From Octopus bimaculoides (taxonomy: Eukaryota): a stretch of 64,000 nucleotides of DNA. The notes beneath the pieces are model-generated. The model saw only the letters and a list, made by a program, of their open reading frames with translations, was not told the origin of the DNA and searched no databases. This document shows, piece by piece, positions 52,645 through 64,000 of this stretch. Where the stretch lies: NCBI RefSeq assembly GCF_001194135.2, contig NC_068993.1, positions 63,450,935 through 63,514,934 of the forward strand, read 5' to 3'. Positions within the stretch are counted from its first letter, which is position 1; each line of letters starts with the position of its first letter. Made by a program: the position numbers and the translations under genes.

Positions 52645-52780
52645 CAGGGGTTCTCAACCATTTGTTATCCATGAACCCCTTTCACTACTATTTTATTCTG
52701 GTGGACCCTCATAGCCACTTGATGTCTAAAAACTAGTTTTATAGAAACTCCTTTCAAAATTCTTATTCTGTTTTTCACAT
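52645..52780 (+). mobile_element. hAT-type MITE fragment
   Basis: Starts CAGGGGTTCTCAACC, a typical hAT (Charlie/Tip100-like) TIR; partner end not found. Confidence 0.5.
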
Positions 52781-53314
52781 GAAAGGCAAAGTTGACCGAA
52801 ATAGAATTTTAACCCAGAATACAAAGTATTGGCAGGAAATACTGTCGACTCATATGAATGCCACAGGTAGAAATTAACTGATTGCTTTCCATTTACCAGG
52901 AAATTCACAGAAATGAATGAAGGCTTTTCATATTTGTTGAAAAATTCTTCTGACAGAATCGTTAGCATGCAGGGTGAAATGATGAGTGGCATCTCATTTG
53001 TCTTTATGTTCTGAGTTCAAATTCCCCTGGGGTTGACTTTGTCTTTCATCCTTCCAGGGTTGATGAAATAGTTACCAGTTAACCCCCACCCTTGAAATTG
53101 CTGGCCTTGTGAGTGTTTAAAAAAAAAGGGGGGGGGGGGTTATTATTATAGAATCAATTAATTTGAAGCAATTATGTCTTTTACCATTTACTTTATGATA
53201 CTTAGAATATATAGAAGTGATTAGTATTTCAAAAATGATAGAAAATAATTCTCCAAAGCAGAACAAAGACAAAATTGCATGAGGAAATCTATTTAAATAT
53301 TGTTCGATACAATC

Positions 53315-53347
<33 letters not shown>

Positions 53348-53543
53348 GTAATAATAAAAGACTGACAGTTGGCTCGAGGGAATTTCTTATAAATAAAAGA
53401 TTAATTTCGAACAAATACAAACTTTGAGTGTTATTGGTTGAATTAATTATGAGGAAAATATGGTTGTGTCCCGCAAGAAAATTATTCATAATATTTGTTA
53501 TAATGTTCACGACAACTTTTAAATAATATATAGACATATTTCG

Positions 53544-53912
53544 TCTTACTTGTTTCACTCTCATTAGACTGTGGCCATGCTGGGGCACTGCCTCGAAGAA
53601 CTTTCAGTTGAAGGAATCAACCCCAGGACTCATTTTTGTTATTGCCTGGTACTTATTCTATCAGTCTCTTTTGCTAAACTGCTAAGTTACAGGAATGTAA
53701 ACACAACAACGCCAGTAGTGAAGTTGTGGCAGAGGATAAACACAGACAATCACACACAACAGGCTTCTTTCAGTTTCCATCTACCAAATCCACTCACAAG
53801 GCTTTGGTCAACCTGAGACTATAGTAGAACACACTTGCTTAAGCTACCACACACTGGAACTGAACCCGGAACCATGTGGTTGGGAAGCAACCTTCTTCCC
53901 ACACAGCCATGC
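53544..53912 (-). mobile_element. Composite tRNA-headed SINE family B (head module + tail module); others 55415-55750(+), 57001-57210(+ tail), 57265-57430(+ head), 11494-11652(- head), 19660-19822(- tail), 20085-20290(+ tail), 30237-30375(+ head), 35040-35180(- head), 43460-43890 (mixed)
   Basis: Head ggctgtgtgg.aagaag.ttgcttcccaaccacatggttccgggttcagtccc..tgtgagtggatttggtaga.ggaaactgaaagaagcc; tail gtgtttatgtccccgtaacttagc..gtgctccagcatggccgcagtcaaatgactgaaacaagtaaaagag. Confidence 0.85.
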
Positions 53913-56900
53913 ATATTAGGATTATTTTTATATTTTCTACAGTTATAACTATTTGAATTCTCCATGTGATTAGTTGTCACCATGTCACCCACTTTTTTCA
54001 TGTGTTAAGTTGTCACCGTGTCACCCACTTTCTTTCTTTTCTCTTCATTTCTCTTCTTTGCTTCCATGCTTTATAGAAATCAATATCCAACTCTCCAAAT
54101 ATGGTTACGTTATCCATATATGTATATACCAAAGAGCTCCAGCATGGCCAGATCCATTGGCCTGAAACTAGTAAAAAAATATAACTTCATACACAAACAT
54201 TCTAACCCACGTGACCTTTTCTTCATGGTACAAGGTGTGGGGTGGGCGGGGGTGATATAGCAATTTGGGGTCAGCTGATCAATATTCTTAGATTTATTTT
54301 CCCAATATTAAGTATGTTTTGTCACTATTTTATATGCTGTGCAAGTAGTGATGAAGATCTTGTCAAAGAGTAGAAATCTTGACTTCAATTGGAGACGAAC
54401 TTAAAAACCGTTTGCCTACAGTGTGTGTACATGTGTAAATGTGTATAGATGTGTGTGTGTGTGTGTGCGAATGTGGTGTATGTGTGTGCATGTGTAAGTG
54501 CATGTTTGTGTGTGCATGCATGAGTGAATGTGTTTATGTGTGCATGCATACACGTGTGTGTTTGAAGGCCTGTGTTTGTGTGTGCATGTATGTGTGTATG
54601 TGTACACACGTGTGTGTCAGTGCATGTGTGTGTTTGTGTGTGTGTGTGCACTTGATATCTTCTCAGTTACTCTTAGATTAACCATAAAGCTAAAAATAAT
54701 CCTTTGAAAGCAGACCCAATCCAAATCTGCCCTCTCTACAGATATTGCGCTTTACCAAATTTACCAGTTGTAGTGAAGACCTCCAAGACTTCTTTTTTTC
54801 TTCCAAATAATATAAAGATAAAAGATTATCTCAGAAATGAGGCAGCACCGAAAACAAAATAAAAACACATCACACAACAAACTGATGTCAGTTTTGCAGA
54901 TAAAATTTAGTTTTATTTCTTGCTTTTTCCTGTTTTTTATCTCTTTTAATGCCGACGCTGATGTTTAATCAAAGAACATCCTGCAGCATAAAAGCTTCAA
55001 GCCCTGAACCAACCCAGGAACCTCGAGGTGGTTGCTTAAATCTACTAAAAATAGCAGTTAAATCTTGCTAAAATCACATTCCGTTGTCTAAGATGAAGAA
55101 GAATCAGACACTATAATCTTTGATATATATATATTTAGATGAGATGGTCATGACTGGAACTGGCTTTCTGTTTACATGGCATTAACTTCCTCAGCTTCAC
55201 TGTAATTTAGGAGACGGAAACTATGCAGAAGTTTGTTGTGTGCATGGATGTATGTGTGTGTGTGTGTGCGTGTGTGTGTGTGTGCATGTATGTGTGTGTG
55301 TGTGCATGTGTGTGTGTATTCCCATGTCAAGGTGTAGTGGTTTTCACATCTGCCTAATGCAGAAGGTTATGAGTTCAATACTCCCTGGAACCGAAGTTAA
55401 TTGTTTCTAAGTATAGACGTGGCTGTGTGGTTAAGAAGCTCATTTTGCAACCACACAATTCCAGGTTCAATCTCTCCACTAGGCAGCACCCTGAGCAAAA
55501 GTATTCTAACCTATAGCCAACCAATGTCTTGTAAGTGAATTTGGTAGAAGGAAACTGTGTGGATGCCTCCTGTGTATGTGTGTGTGTTGCTTGACAACTG
55601 GGTTGGTTTGTTTACATCCCCATCATTTAATGGTTTGGCATAAGAGATTGACACAGACTTTAAAATACATACTGGTGGGGGGGGGCAATTGTAGTAAATC
55701 CTTCAAGTGAGTGCTCCAGCATGGCCACAGTTCAGTGACTGAAAGCAAGAAGATGTTAAGCATAAAACCATAATGTCACAAAGTGAGAATAAAGTTTGGT
55801 CAATTAATTTGGATTTAATGAGGGATTGCTTAATTGTTTTATTGACCCTTTTCCATAGAAAAGAGGCAAAGTTGATCTCCTTGGGAAGAAGAATCTAACA
55901 TGGCATTAAAAGAAGATAAAGAAATGGATAAATTCCATTGAAGTGTGCTGAACCTTCCAACCAATTTTATCATTGAAAAATGGATGTAAACCTGTTAAAA
56001 GAAATTCTTTGAATAAAGAATCTGTTTGGTTCCAGTTCACTGATTTGGTGAAAAAAAAAAAATAATAGTAATGAATAGATAAATAGAAAAGAAAGAAAAA
56101 TATAAGAGAGAAGTGGAGTGGAGGGGGTAATGATGGGGGCAGGAATCTGACAAATGGAGATAAATAAAGAAGAATTATGATGAAAGGAAGAGGTTTGAGA
56201 AAAAAAGGGGGTTAGAATTACAAAGATTTAATGGGAATGATGGGGGAAGGAGATAGGAGAGGGGTGGATAGGGTAGGGTGGGGGAGCAATGAACAACCAA
56301 AAACAAGAATGAAAGAAAGAAAGAATAAGAAAGATGAAGAGGGTGGAGTCAGTGTGTTTGTAAGATAAGGGGAAGGGAAAAGAAGGAAAAGTTTATATAG
56401 CTGACAGGGGAGGGGGGGGGGCAGGAGAAAAGAGAGAATATGAAGTTAAGGAAGAAAAAGAGGAGAGAGAGAGAGTGTAAAACAACACATCTCTCTCTCT
56501 CTCTCTCTCTCAATATANNNNNNNNNNNNNNNNNNNNNNNNNNNNNNNNNNNNNNNNNNNNNNNNNNNNNNNNNNNNNNNNNNNNNNNNNNNNNNNNNNN
56601 NNNNNNNNNNNNNNNNNNNNNNNNNNNNNNNNNNNNNNNNNNNNNNNNNNNNNNNNNNNNNNNNNNNNNNNNNNNNNNNNNNNNNNNNNNNNNNNNNNNN
56701 NNNNNNNNNNNNNNNNNNNNNNNNNNNNNNNNNNNNNNNNNNNNNNNNNNNNNNNNNNNNNNNNNNNNNNNNNNNNNNNNNNNNNNNNNNNNNNNNNNNN
56801 NNNNNNNNNNNNNNNNNNNNNNNNNNNNNNNNNNNNNNNNNNNNNNNNNNNNNNNNNNNNNNNNNNNNNNNNNNNNNNNNNNNNNNNNNNNNNNNNNNNN

Positions 56901-57000
56901 NNNNNNNNNNNNNNNNNNNNNNNNNNNNNNNNNNNNNNNNNNNNNNNNNNNNNNNNNNNNNNNNNNNNNNNNNNNNNNNNNNNNNNNNNNNNNNNNNNNN

Positions 57001-57210
57001 GTGTGTCTGTATTTGTCCCCCCACCATCGCTTGACAACCGATGCTGGTGTGTTTATGTCCCCGTAACTTAGCAGTTCGGCAAAAAGAGACCGATAGAATA
57101 AGTACTAGGCTTACAAAGAATAAGTCCTGGGGTCAATTTCCTCGACTAAAGGCGGTGCTCCAGCATGGCCGCAGTCAAATGACTGAAACAAGTAAAAGAG
57201 TAAAAGAGTA
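57001..57210 (+). mobile_element. SINE family B tail module, least diverged copy in the window
   Basis: Retains its CpGs (accatcgc..accgatgc..gttcggc..gaccgat..ctcgac..ggcggtg..ggccgcag) and an aaagagtaaaagag tail. Confidence 0.85.
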
Positions 57211-57445
57211 TATATATATATATATAAATGTATGCATGAGTATGTGTGTGTGTGTGTGTGCATATATATATGTGTGCATGTGTGGTGAGAAGGTTGCTTC
57301 TCAACCACATGGTTCTGGGTTCAGTTCCACTCTGTGGCACATGGGGTAAGTGTCTCCTACTTATAGCTTCGGGTCAGCCAAAGCCTTGTGAGTGGATTCT
57401 TGTAGATGGAAACAGAAAGAAGCCCGTCATGTATATGTGTGATTA

Positions 57446-57481
<36 letters not shown>

Positions 57482-58440
57482 GAACATGTGTAGTCTGGGA
57501 GGAAAGAACATGATTTGGCAGTTCCGACAGCCGAAGCACACGGTTCTTGTTTGTCAACAATATAATTACCAGTGCTTTCACGTACTGCGAGTCCTTATGA
57601 GAGATGACGATGATGATGATGATTATGATGACAATGATGATGTGTGTGTGTGTGTGTATGTGTGTATATATATGCATGCATGCATGTACGTATGTGTGTA
57701 TGTATGCATGTATGTATGTATGTATGTCATTATTCAGTTTATTTCAAGATTTCTTGCCAATAGAGAAAGAACCGGTTTCTAACCTAGATCCAAGGCTCCT
57801 TCACTGGAATTTCAACATCAACAACAGAGTATTTTCATTTGTTTGTATGCATGCATGTATGTATGTATGTATGTATGTATGTATGTATGTATGTATGTAT
57901 GTATGTATGTATGTATGTGTGTGTGATTGTGTCTCCTGGTTTTAACATGTTGCGATAATTGTAAATGAGTGATTCTGTCACACAAGCAAAGTTGTTCATC
58001 TCCAATGTTCTGTGCAAAACACGTCCAGCCATGGAGGGGAAATATTACCTTGTTTGGAAACGGGTGAGGGTTAGCAACAGGAAAGGCATCCGGTTATTGA
58101 AAAATCAGCTTCAATAAACTCTAGGAAAATGGCCATTAAAGCAATGATGGTGATGATGATATAAATATTTGTGATGCTGTGTGTGTGTGTGTATGTGTGT
58201 GTGTGAGAGTGTGTCTGTTACAAGACAGGAGTGCTGGACATAAATAAACAGACAGGCAGGCAGACAGACAGACAGGCAGGAAGACAGACAGCCAGGCAGA
58301 CAGGCAGCTATGAATGTAAAACAGAAACGAAGTAAATTAGGAGAAAATATGGCTCAAGTAGACAAGATGGCAGTAATAAAAACTGTACATGGATACTTAT
58401 CTATGGATACGTGTATTTTTTTAGGTATATATATATATAG

Positions 58441-58476
<36 letters not shown>

Positions 58477-58595
58477 ATGTATACGTGTATATAAATAAAC
58501 ATATTTCTAACTGGTTTGTATATAAAACAGAGGAAATGGCTGTGTTCTATGGAGGAGGAAGTAAGACTAAAAGCAAAACCAGACAGAAGAATAGA

Positions 58596-58636
<41 letters not shown>

Positions 58637-59459
58637 TGTGTGTGTGTGNNNNNNNNNNNNNNNNNNNNNNNNNNNNNNNNNNNNNNNNNNNNNNNNNNNN
58701 NNNNNNNNNNNNNNNNNNNNNNNNNNNNNNNNNNNNNNNNNNNNNNNNNNNNNNNNNNNNNNNNNNNNNNNNNNNNNNNNNNNNNNNNNNNNNNNNNNNN
58801 NNNNNNNNNNNNNNNNNNNNNNNNNNNNNNNNNNNNNNNNNNNNNNNNNNNNNNNNNNNNNNNNNNNNNNNNNNNNNNNNNNNNNNNNNNNNNNNNNNNN
58901 NNNNNNNNNNNNNNNNNNNNNNNNNNNNNNNNNNNNNNNNNNNNNNNNNNNNNNNNNNNNNNNNNNNNNNNNNNNNNNNNNNNNNNNNNNNNNNNNNNNN
59001 NNNNNNNNNNNNNNNNNNNNNNNNNNNNNNNNNNNNNNNNNNNNNNNNNNNNNNNNNNNNNNNNNNNNNNNNNNNNNNNNNNNNNNNNNNNNNNNNNNNN
59101 NNNNNNNNNNNNNNNNNNNNNNNNNNNNNNNNNNNNNNNNNNNNNNNNNNNNNNNNNNNNNNNNNNNNNNNNNNNNNNNNNNNNNNNNNNNNNNNNNNNN
59201 NNNNNNNNNNNNNNNNNNNNNNNNNNNNNNNNNNNNNNNNNNNNNNNNNNNNNNNNNNNNNNNNNNNNNNNNNNNNNNNNNNNNNNNNNNNNNNNNNNNN
59301 NNNNNNNNNNNNNNNNNNNNNNNNNNNNNNNNNNNNNNNNNNNNNNNNNNNNNNNNNNNNNNNNNNNNNNNNNNNNNNNNNNNNNNNNNNNNNNNNNNNN
59401 NNNNNNNNNNNNNNATATATACGTTTATAAAGATATAATTATAGTTAAGGGCTCCTGGA

Positions 59460-59660
59460 AATGACCATTGCCAATGCTAGAAATAGGTGTCAAATACCTA
59501 CAATCCACTCTACAATTTGCTCTCTATACTCTTTGTGGTTGCTAGATTGTGGTTGAGTTGGGGTGCTAGATTCCCTTGTTTGAAAATATAAGGACGCAGA
59601 TCGTGTCGTATAGCCAGCTGGAAACGATGTCGCCTGGGGCTAAATTACAGCAACATTCGT
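59460..59660 (-). mobile_element. Degraded non-LTR RT domain-0 remnant
   Basis: Reads APGDIVSSWL..LIFSNKGI*HP..TTI..CRYLTPISS, resembling KAPGPDGI..IFN..P..YRPIS. Confidence 0.45.
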
Positions 59661-62600
59661 CCTAGACCAGGACTGCCATGTTATGTTGGCAAATAATCTT
59701 TACTCCATACATAAGAATTGTAATAGGGTGACAGGGTATGTTTTTGCATATCTAAAAGATGTTGATTGTAGTGTGAGGGATGGTGGTGTTGGAATATGAG
59801 TTGATGGGAGGATGAAAGACACTGTCTTCTATCTTGTTTGCCATCATCATCATCAACATCTACCGAGGTGTGGAGAACTTGTCTACAATTCCTTAATGTT
59901 TGTCATTTCTTTGTACAGCTCAGGCTAGAAAATGAGCTCATTGTAAACTCCTCTTGTAATATTTGATACTTTCACAGAGTTGTTATCAACAAAATCTTGA
60001 AGCCGTTCCTCTGTAAGTGCCAATACTTTAGCACTATTCTTTGCAATTAATTCAAGTGGAGCTGCTGGAATTTCCTTCTTCTCATCTCTATTCTCAATTT
60101 GCTCTTGTTCTAACAACATCAGGCCCCTTGTTAGATAAACTTTTCTTGTGAGACCTCTTCAGATCCTACATCATTTGTAAGTGTCGCAATATCTTTGCAA
60201 ATTTGGCATAAATGTTCTGCTGGCGGAAAACTTGTAAAGTTACAAATATTGTCTTAACGCATATTTTTCCAGTCACCATTCAAAGTTGAGGGTTTTACTT
60301 CAGCCTGATACCGGTACCGCTACCGTTTCTGTTTCTTCAATCCTCTGTGAGTAAACCAAAACATCAATAATAAAAGCAACGGATGTAGAAGTCAAACCAC
60401 AGTTCTGATTTCAATTCCCAGTTGAAAATATTTGTAAACCACACCACACAGAGAAATGGATGTAAAAATAATGACGAGGGTGAAGATGATGGTGATGATG
60501 ATGGTGATGACGCTAAGGACGACGACGATTATGATGATGATGATGATGATAAAGATGAAAGCAATAATCCAAGACATTTCATTGTTCCCTGTTAACAGAT
60601 TCTCACAAATTAGGGTTTGGCATGTTGTTCTTTGCAGTATTTCCTGTTGTTGTTTGTTGTTGTTGTTGCCATCGTGGTAATCTTGTCGGGGGTACCAGGT
60701 CAACTTTGAGCCTCCCAATGGTAACTGGTTGGTGATTGGCCGAACAGCCAGACATGGCAGCAATTTTGTAGTGGTGAGAGAGTACAAGCCTGTTACTGCA
60801 GTTCTTCCATGCTTTCTGCCTGCCAATCTAAGAACCCTACAACTCCCTCAGACATGCTGGGACGAATCTAAGGAGTGATGGGGGGATGTTGTTGCTGTTA
60901 ATGAGGAAAGTAGCAATCACATGTAAAAGTGAACATGGTGTTCTTGTTCTTGTTAGAAATGAATATGATGATAGTTTCAGTGAAAACCCTTTCTTTTCCT
61001 AAAACACCCAACCATGAATTAAGAATGGAATCTGTTTGTCAGCCTAGTGGCCTGAAGCATGTATCTTCTATTATGAGAACCAATGGCTAAAATATTTTTA
61101 TATACACTCAATCAAACGATTTTAACATTGCATTAAATGATGTTATATTGCATGAAATCTTTTACTGACTGGATGGCCACAACTGGAACACCTTTGTGTG
61201 ATCTCTTAGTGAAGAAACACACTATTTTAAGCATCCTTGAAGCAGGACGTCTTTAACCAGAAAAGAAGAAGTTTTCATCCTTTGTTGCCATTCTGGGAGA
61301 GAAATGGATATTACACACAAATAATTTACAGTGACATATTTTATTGACACAAATCTTGAAAACAAGGTTAAACTGTTCACAAGGGCATTAATAAACAGGG
61401 AACAGAAATGTTGTCAGCCCCTTAATGGATGACGGCCCTGAGTAAAGATTTATTCATTATCAAACATTCTACAACCAATTGCTTTACAGATGTTTCTTCT
61501 CATTACAACACCCACACAAACAGTCTTTGCCACATGGTGGCTACATGTCACTCCAATCCCCTAACCCAACACCTGCCGTTCCCTTCTTTCAGGCCCACTT
61601 GACATACTTGTCAATCATCCCTGCTGAGGTTTACAACTATCAGCCCTTATTGTTTTGTTACCCAATCTTTCATTCCTTCAACTGCATCCAACTGGAACTT
61701 CCTCTGTGTCTATATTGTAGTCAGAGATATGTAGTATGATGTGAGACTTAACTGCTATTTCTAGCATGGAAGTGTTCCCAAGCAACCAGTTACAGAGAAG
61801 TAAATATGATTAGGGTCACTGTTGTAAGGGGATACACTTTTCCTGAGTGTCTTCTTGAGGTACTTTTTAAAATTCAAAGGGACTGTTAGGGGCTGGAAAC
61901 ACAATGAATTCATAGTTGGAGATTTGAACTCACAACCTATTGGCTTGTTGTTCAAGATCCAGTTCACATGGCCTTAGAGTTTAATTTCTTGTAAGTGTAA
62001 CTTTTCTGGAAACACAGCAGAATATAAGAATGGAAAATTGAAAATTATATTATGTTCTGGAGGTAAAGACAGAAGCTGGATCATAGAATCCTTGTATGAA
62101 TACACACACACACTTGCTGATGGCTATGACACCTCTTGCAAGGACTTGATGCCAACAAGACTGAGGACCACTCCAACATATTCTTGTGACTTACATTTAT
62201 CATGAGCTTAGATATAAATATGGAGATATGCACAGCTTTGGCATATGATGAGTTTTTGCAAGCTTTCTTGCCCTCGATAGGCACTCCATGAAGGTCAAGT
62301 CTTTGGTCGGAGCTCCTGGGGCCCATCAGATAGAAGGAGACAAGGAGATATGAGGTAGGAGGGTAATAAGAAAGGGTTGATTCACATGGACCGATTCTCA
62401 AAGAACAAAAGAAAAGATTTAAAAAATGAATGAATACAGAATGGTAATCGGAATGTTGTTATGTTGTTATTGAGTCCTTGTTTCAATGTAAACGCTGACC
62501 AGTGGTCAAAAGTATTCCAGATGTGACCTTTCTTTCTTCTGCCAATGAACAGAGAACTCAGAACTGCTTTGTCCAACATTGCCTTTTTTTAAGACAATAA

Positions 62601-62685
62601 ATAAGCTGTGGTTTGAAAGGTAACAGGTTACTTTATTTAGCATAGGGTTCCACAGGTACTTTATAGATTTGCTAGGCTAGAGAAC

Positions 62686-62734
<49 letters not shown>

Positions 62735-62851
62735 GAGGAGGAGGAGGAGGAGAAAATTGAAATATTAATATCAGTTTTCTTTCTACGGTTTTGGTTGGTG
62801 TTTTCTTTGATGTCTGCTGGTACCATATTTACAAATACACACACACATAAC

Positions 62852-62912
<61 letters not shown>

Positions 62913-63035
62913 AGCATACATACATATCCATAGGCTAAAGTAGATTTGAATTTTTTAGCAAATGATCAAAACATGTACAACTGATACGTCACACACTATT
63001 GAATATTTTTTTGAATATAGAGAATATATATTCAT

Positions 63036-63136
<101 letters not shown>

Positions 63137-63283
63137 AACAACACTTAGATATATAGATGTTTGTAATAAATGTATATATGTGTGAATGTGTACAACAATA
63201 TATATATATATATATATGTGTGTGTATCTGTGTCTGTATGTATGTATGCATGTATGTATATATACACACACACACCCACACAT

Positions 63284-63336
<53 letters not shown>

Positions 63337-63429
63337 AAGATGTATGTACATATGTATATATAATTTGGTCATCTGGAACAAAAATTGGTTGAAACTCACA
63401 ATCTCAACCAGATTTGGTTCCAGCCAGTT

Positions 63430-63467
<38 letters not shown>

Positions 63468-63474
63468 TATTTGT

Positions 63475-63512
<38 letters not shown>

Positions 63513-64000
63513 ATGTGTGTATGTATATATAAATATGTGTACATGTGTGTATGGAGAGAGAGAGAGAGAAAGAGAGAAAAATGTATTTATTGCGTGAATA
63601 TCCTTGCTTACTCTACACACTTATTCATACATCAAAACACATTCTCTCTCATAAGTAAGAATTTGGATTTTGTTATAAATGCATGTGTGTGTGTGTACAC
63701 ACACATATATATAAATACACACACACACACACACGCTCGTGTATATGTTCTCATATAAACACACAAACACGCATATAACTTTACATCTAGATATCAATTT
63801 ACATTTCAGATTATGCGTGCATGTGCATATACAAGAATACCAAGCGTGCTGGGGGAAAGCTGCCCCACCCCATATACATATACATGTGTGTGTGTGTACA
63901 CATGCATGTTTGTATACACATATACACATGCACACACATAAACAAATGTTATCATGTAATATATTGCTGTAGCCAGCCATGTGTTCACAAGTGGTGAATA

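Overview
AT-rich, microsatellite-dense eukaryotic genomic DNA with many N-gaps. The SINE/LINE repertoire and low-complexity content point to an octopod cephalopod, most likely Octopus (inference from repeat families I recognise, not a database hit). One protein-coding gene is supported, on the minus strand: a complete gamma/delta/zeta-type sarcoglycan. Its 7 coding exons are complement(join(956..1135,2261..2384,3055..3121,5368..5487,6688..6775,12394..12495,28580..28747)), 849 nt, 282 aa, all introns GT-AG, phases 0,0,1,1,2,0. The supplied ORF track shows only pieces of three of these exons. The rest is intronic/intergenic: tRNA-derived SINEs, RTE-tailed SINEs, and fossil LINE (RTE, R4/Dong-like RLE, Penelope-like) and Tc1/mariner/pogo/hAT remnants. 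Almost all long ORFs in the track are translations of microsatellites or N-gaps. I found no convincing previously undescribed multi-gene system. The leads most worth testing are RNA-level: degenerate hammerhead-like motifs, inverted SINE pairs in the sarcoglycan pre-mRNA (possible ADAR or back-splicing substrates), a structured repeat carrying the candidate poly(A) signals, and a candidate non-coding first exon that would create an overlapping uORF. Repeat boundaries are approximate (read by eye).
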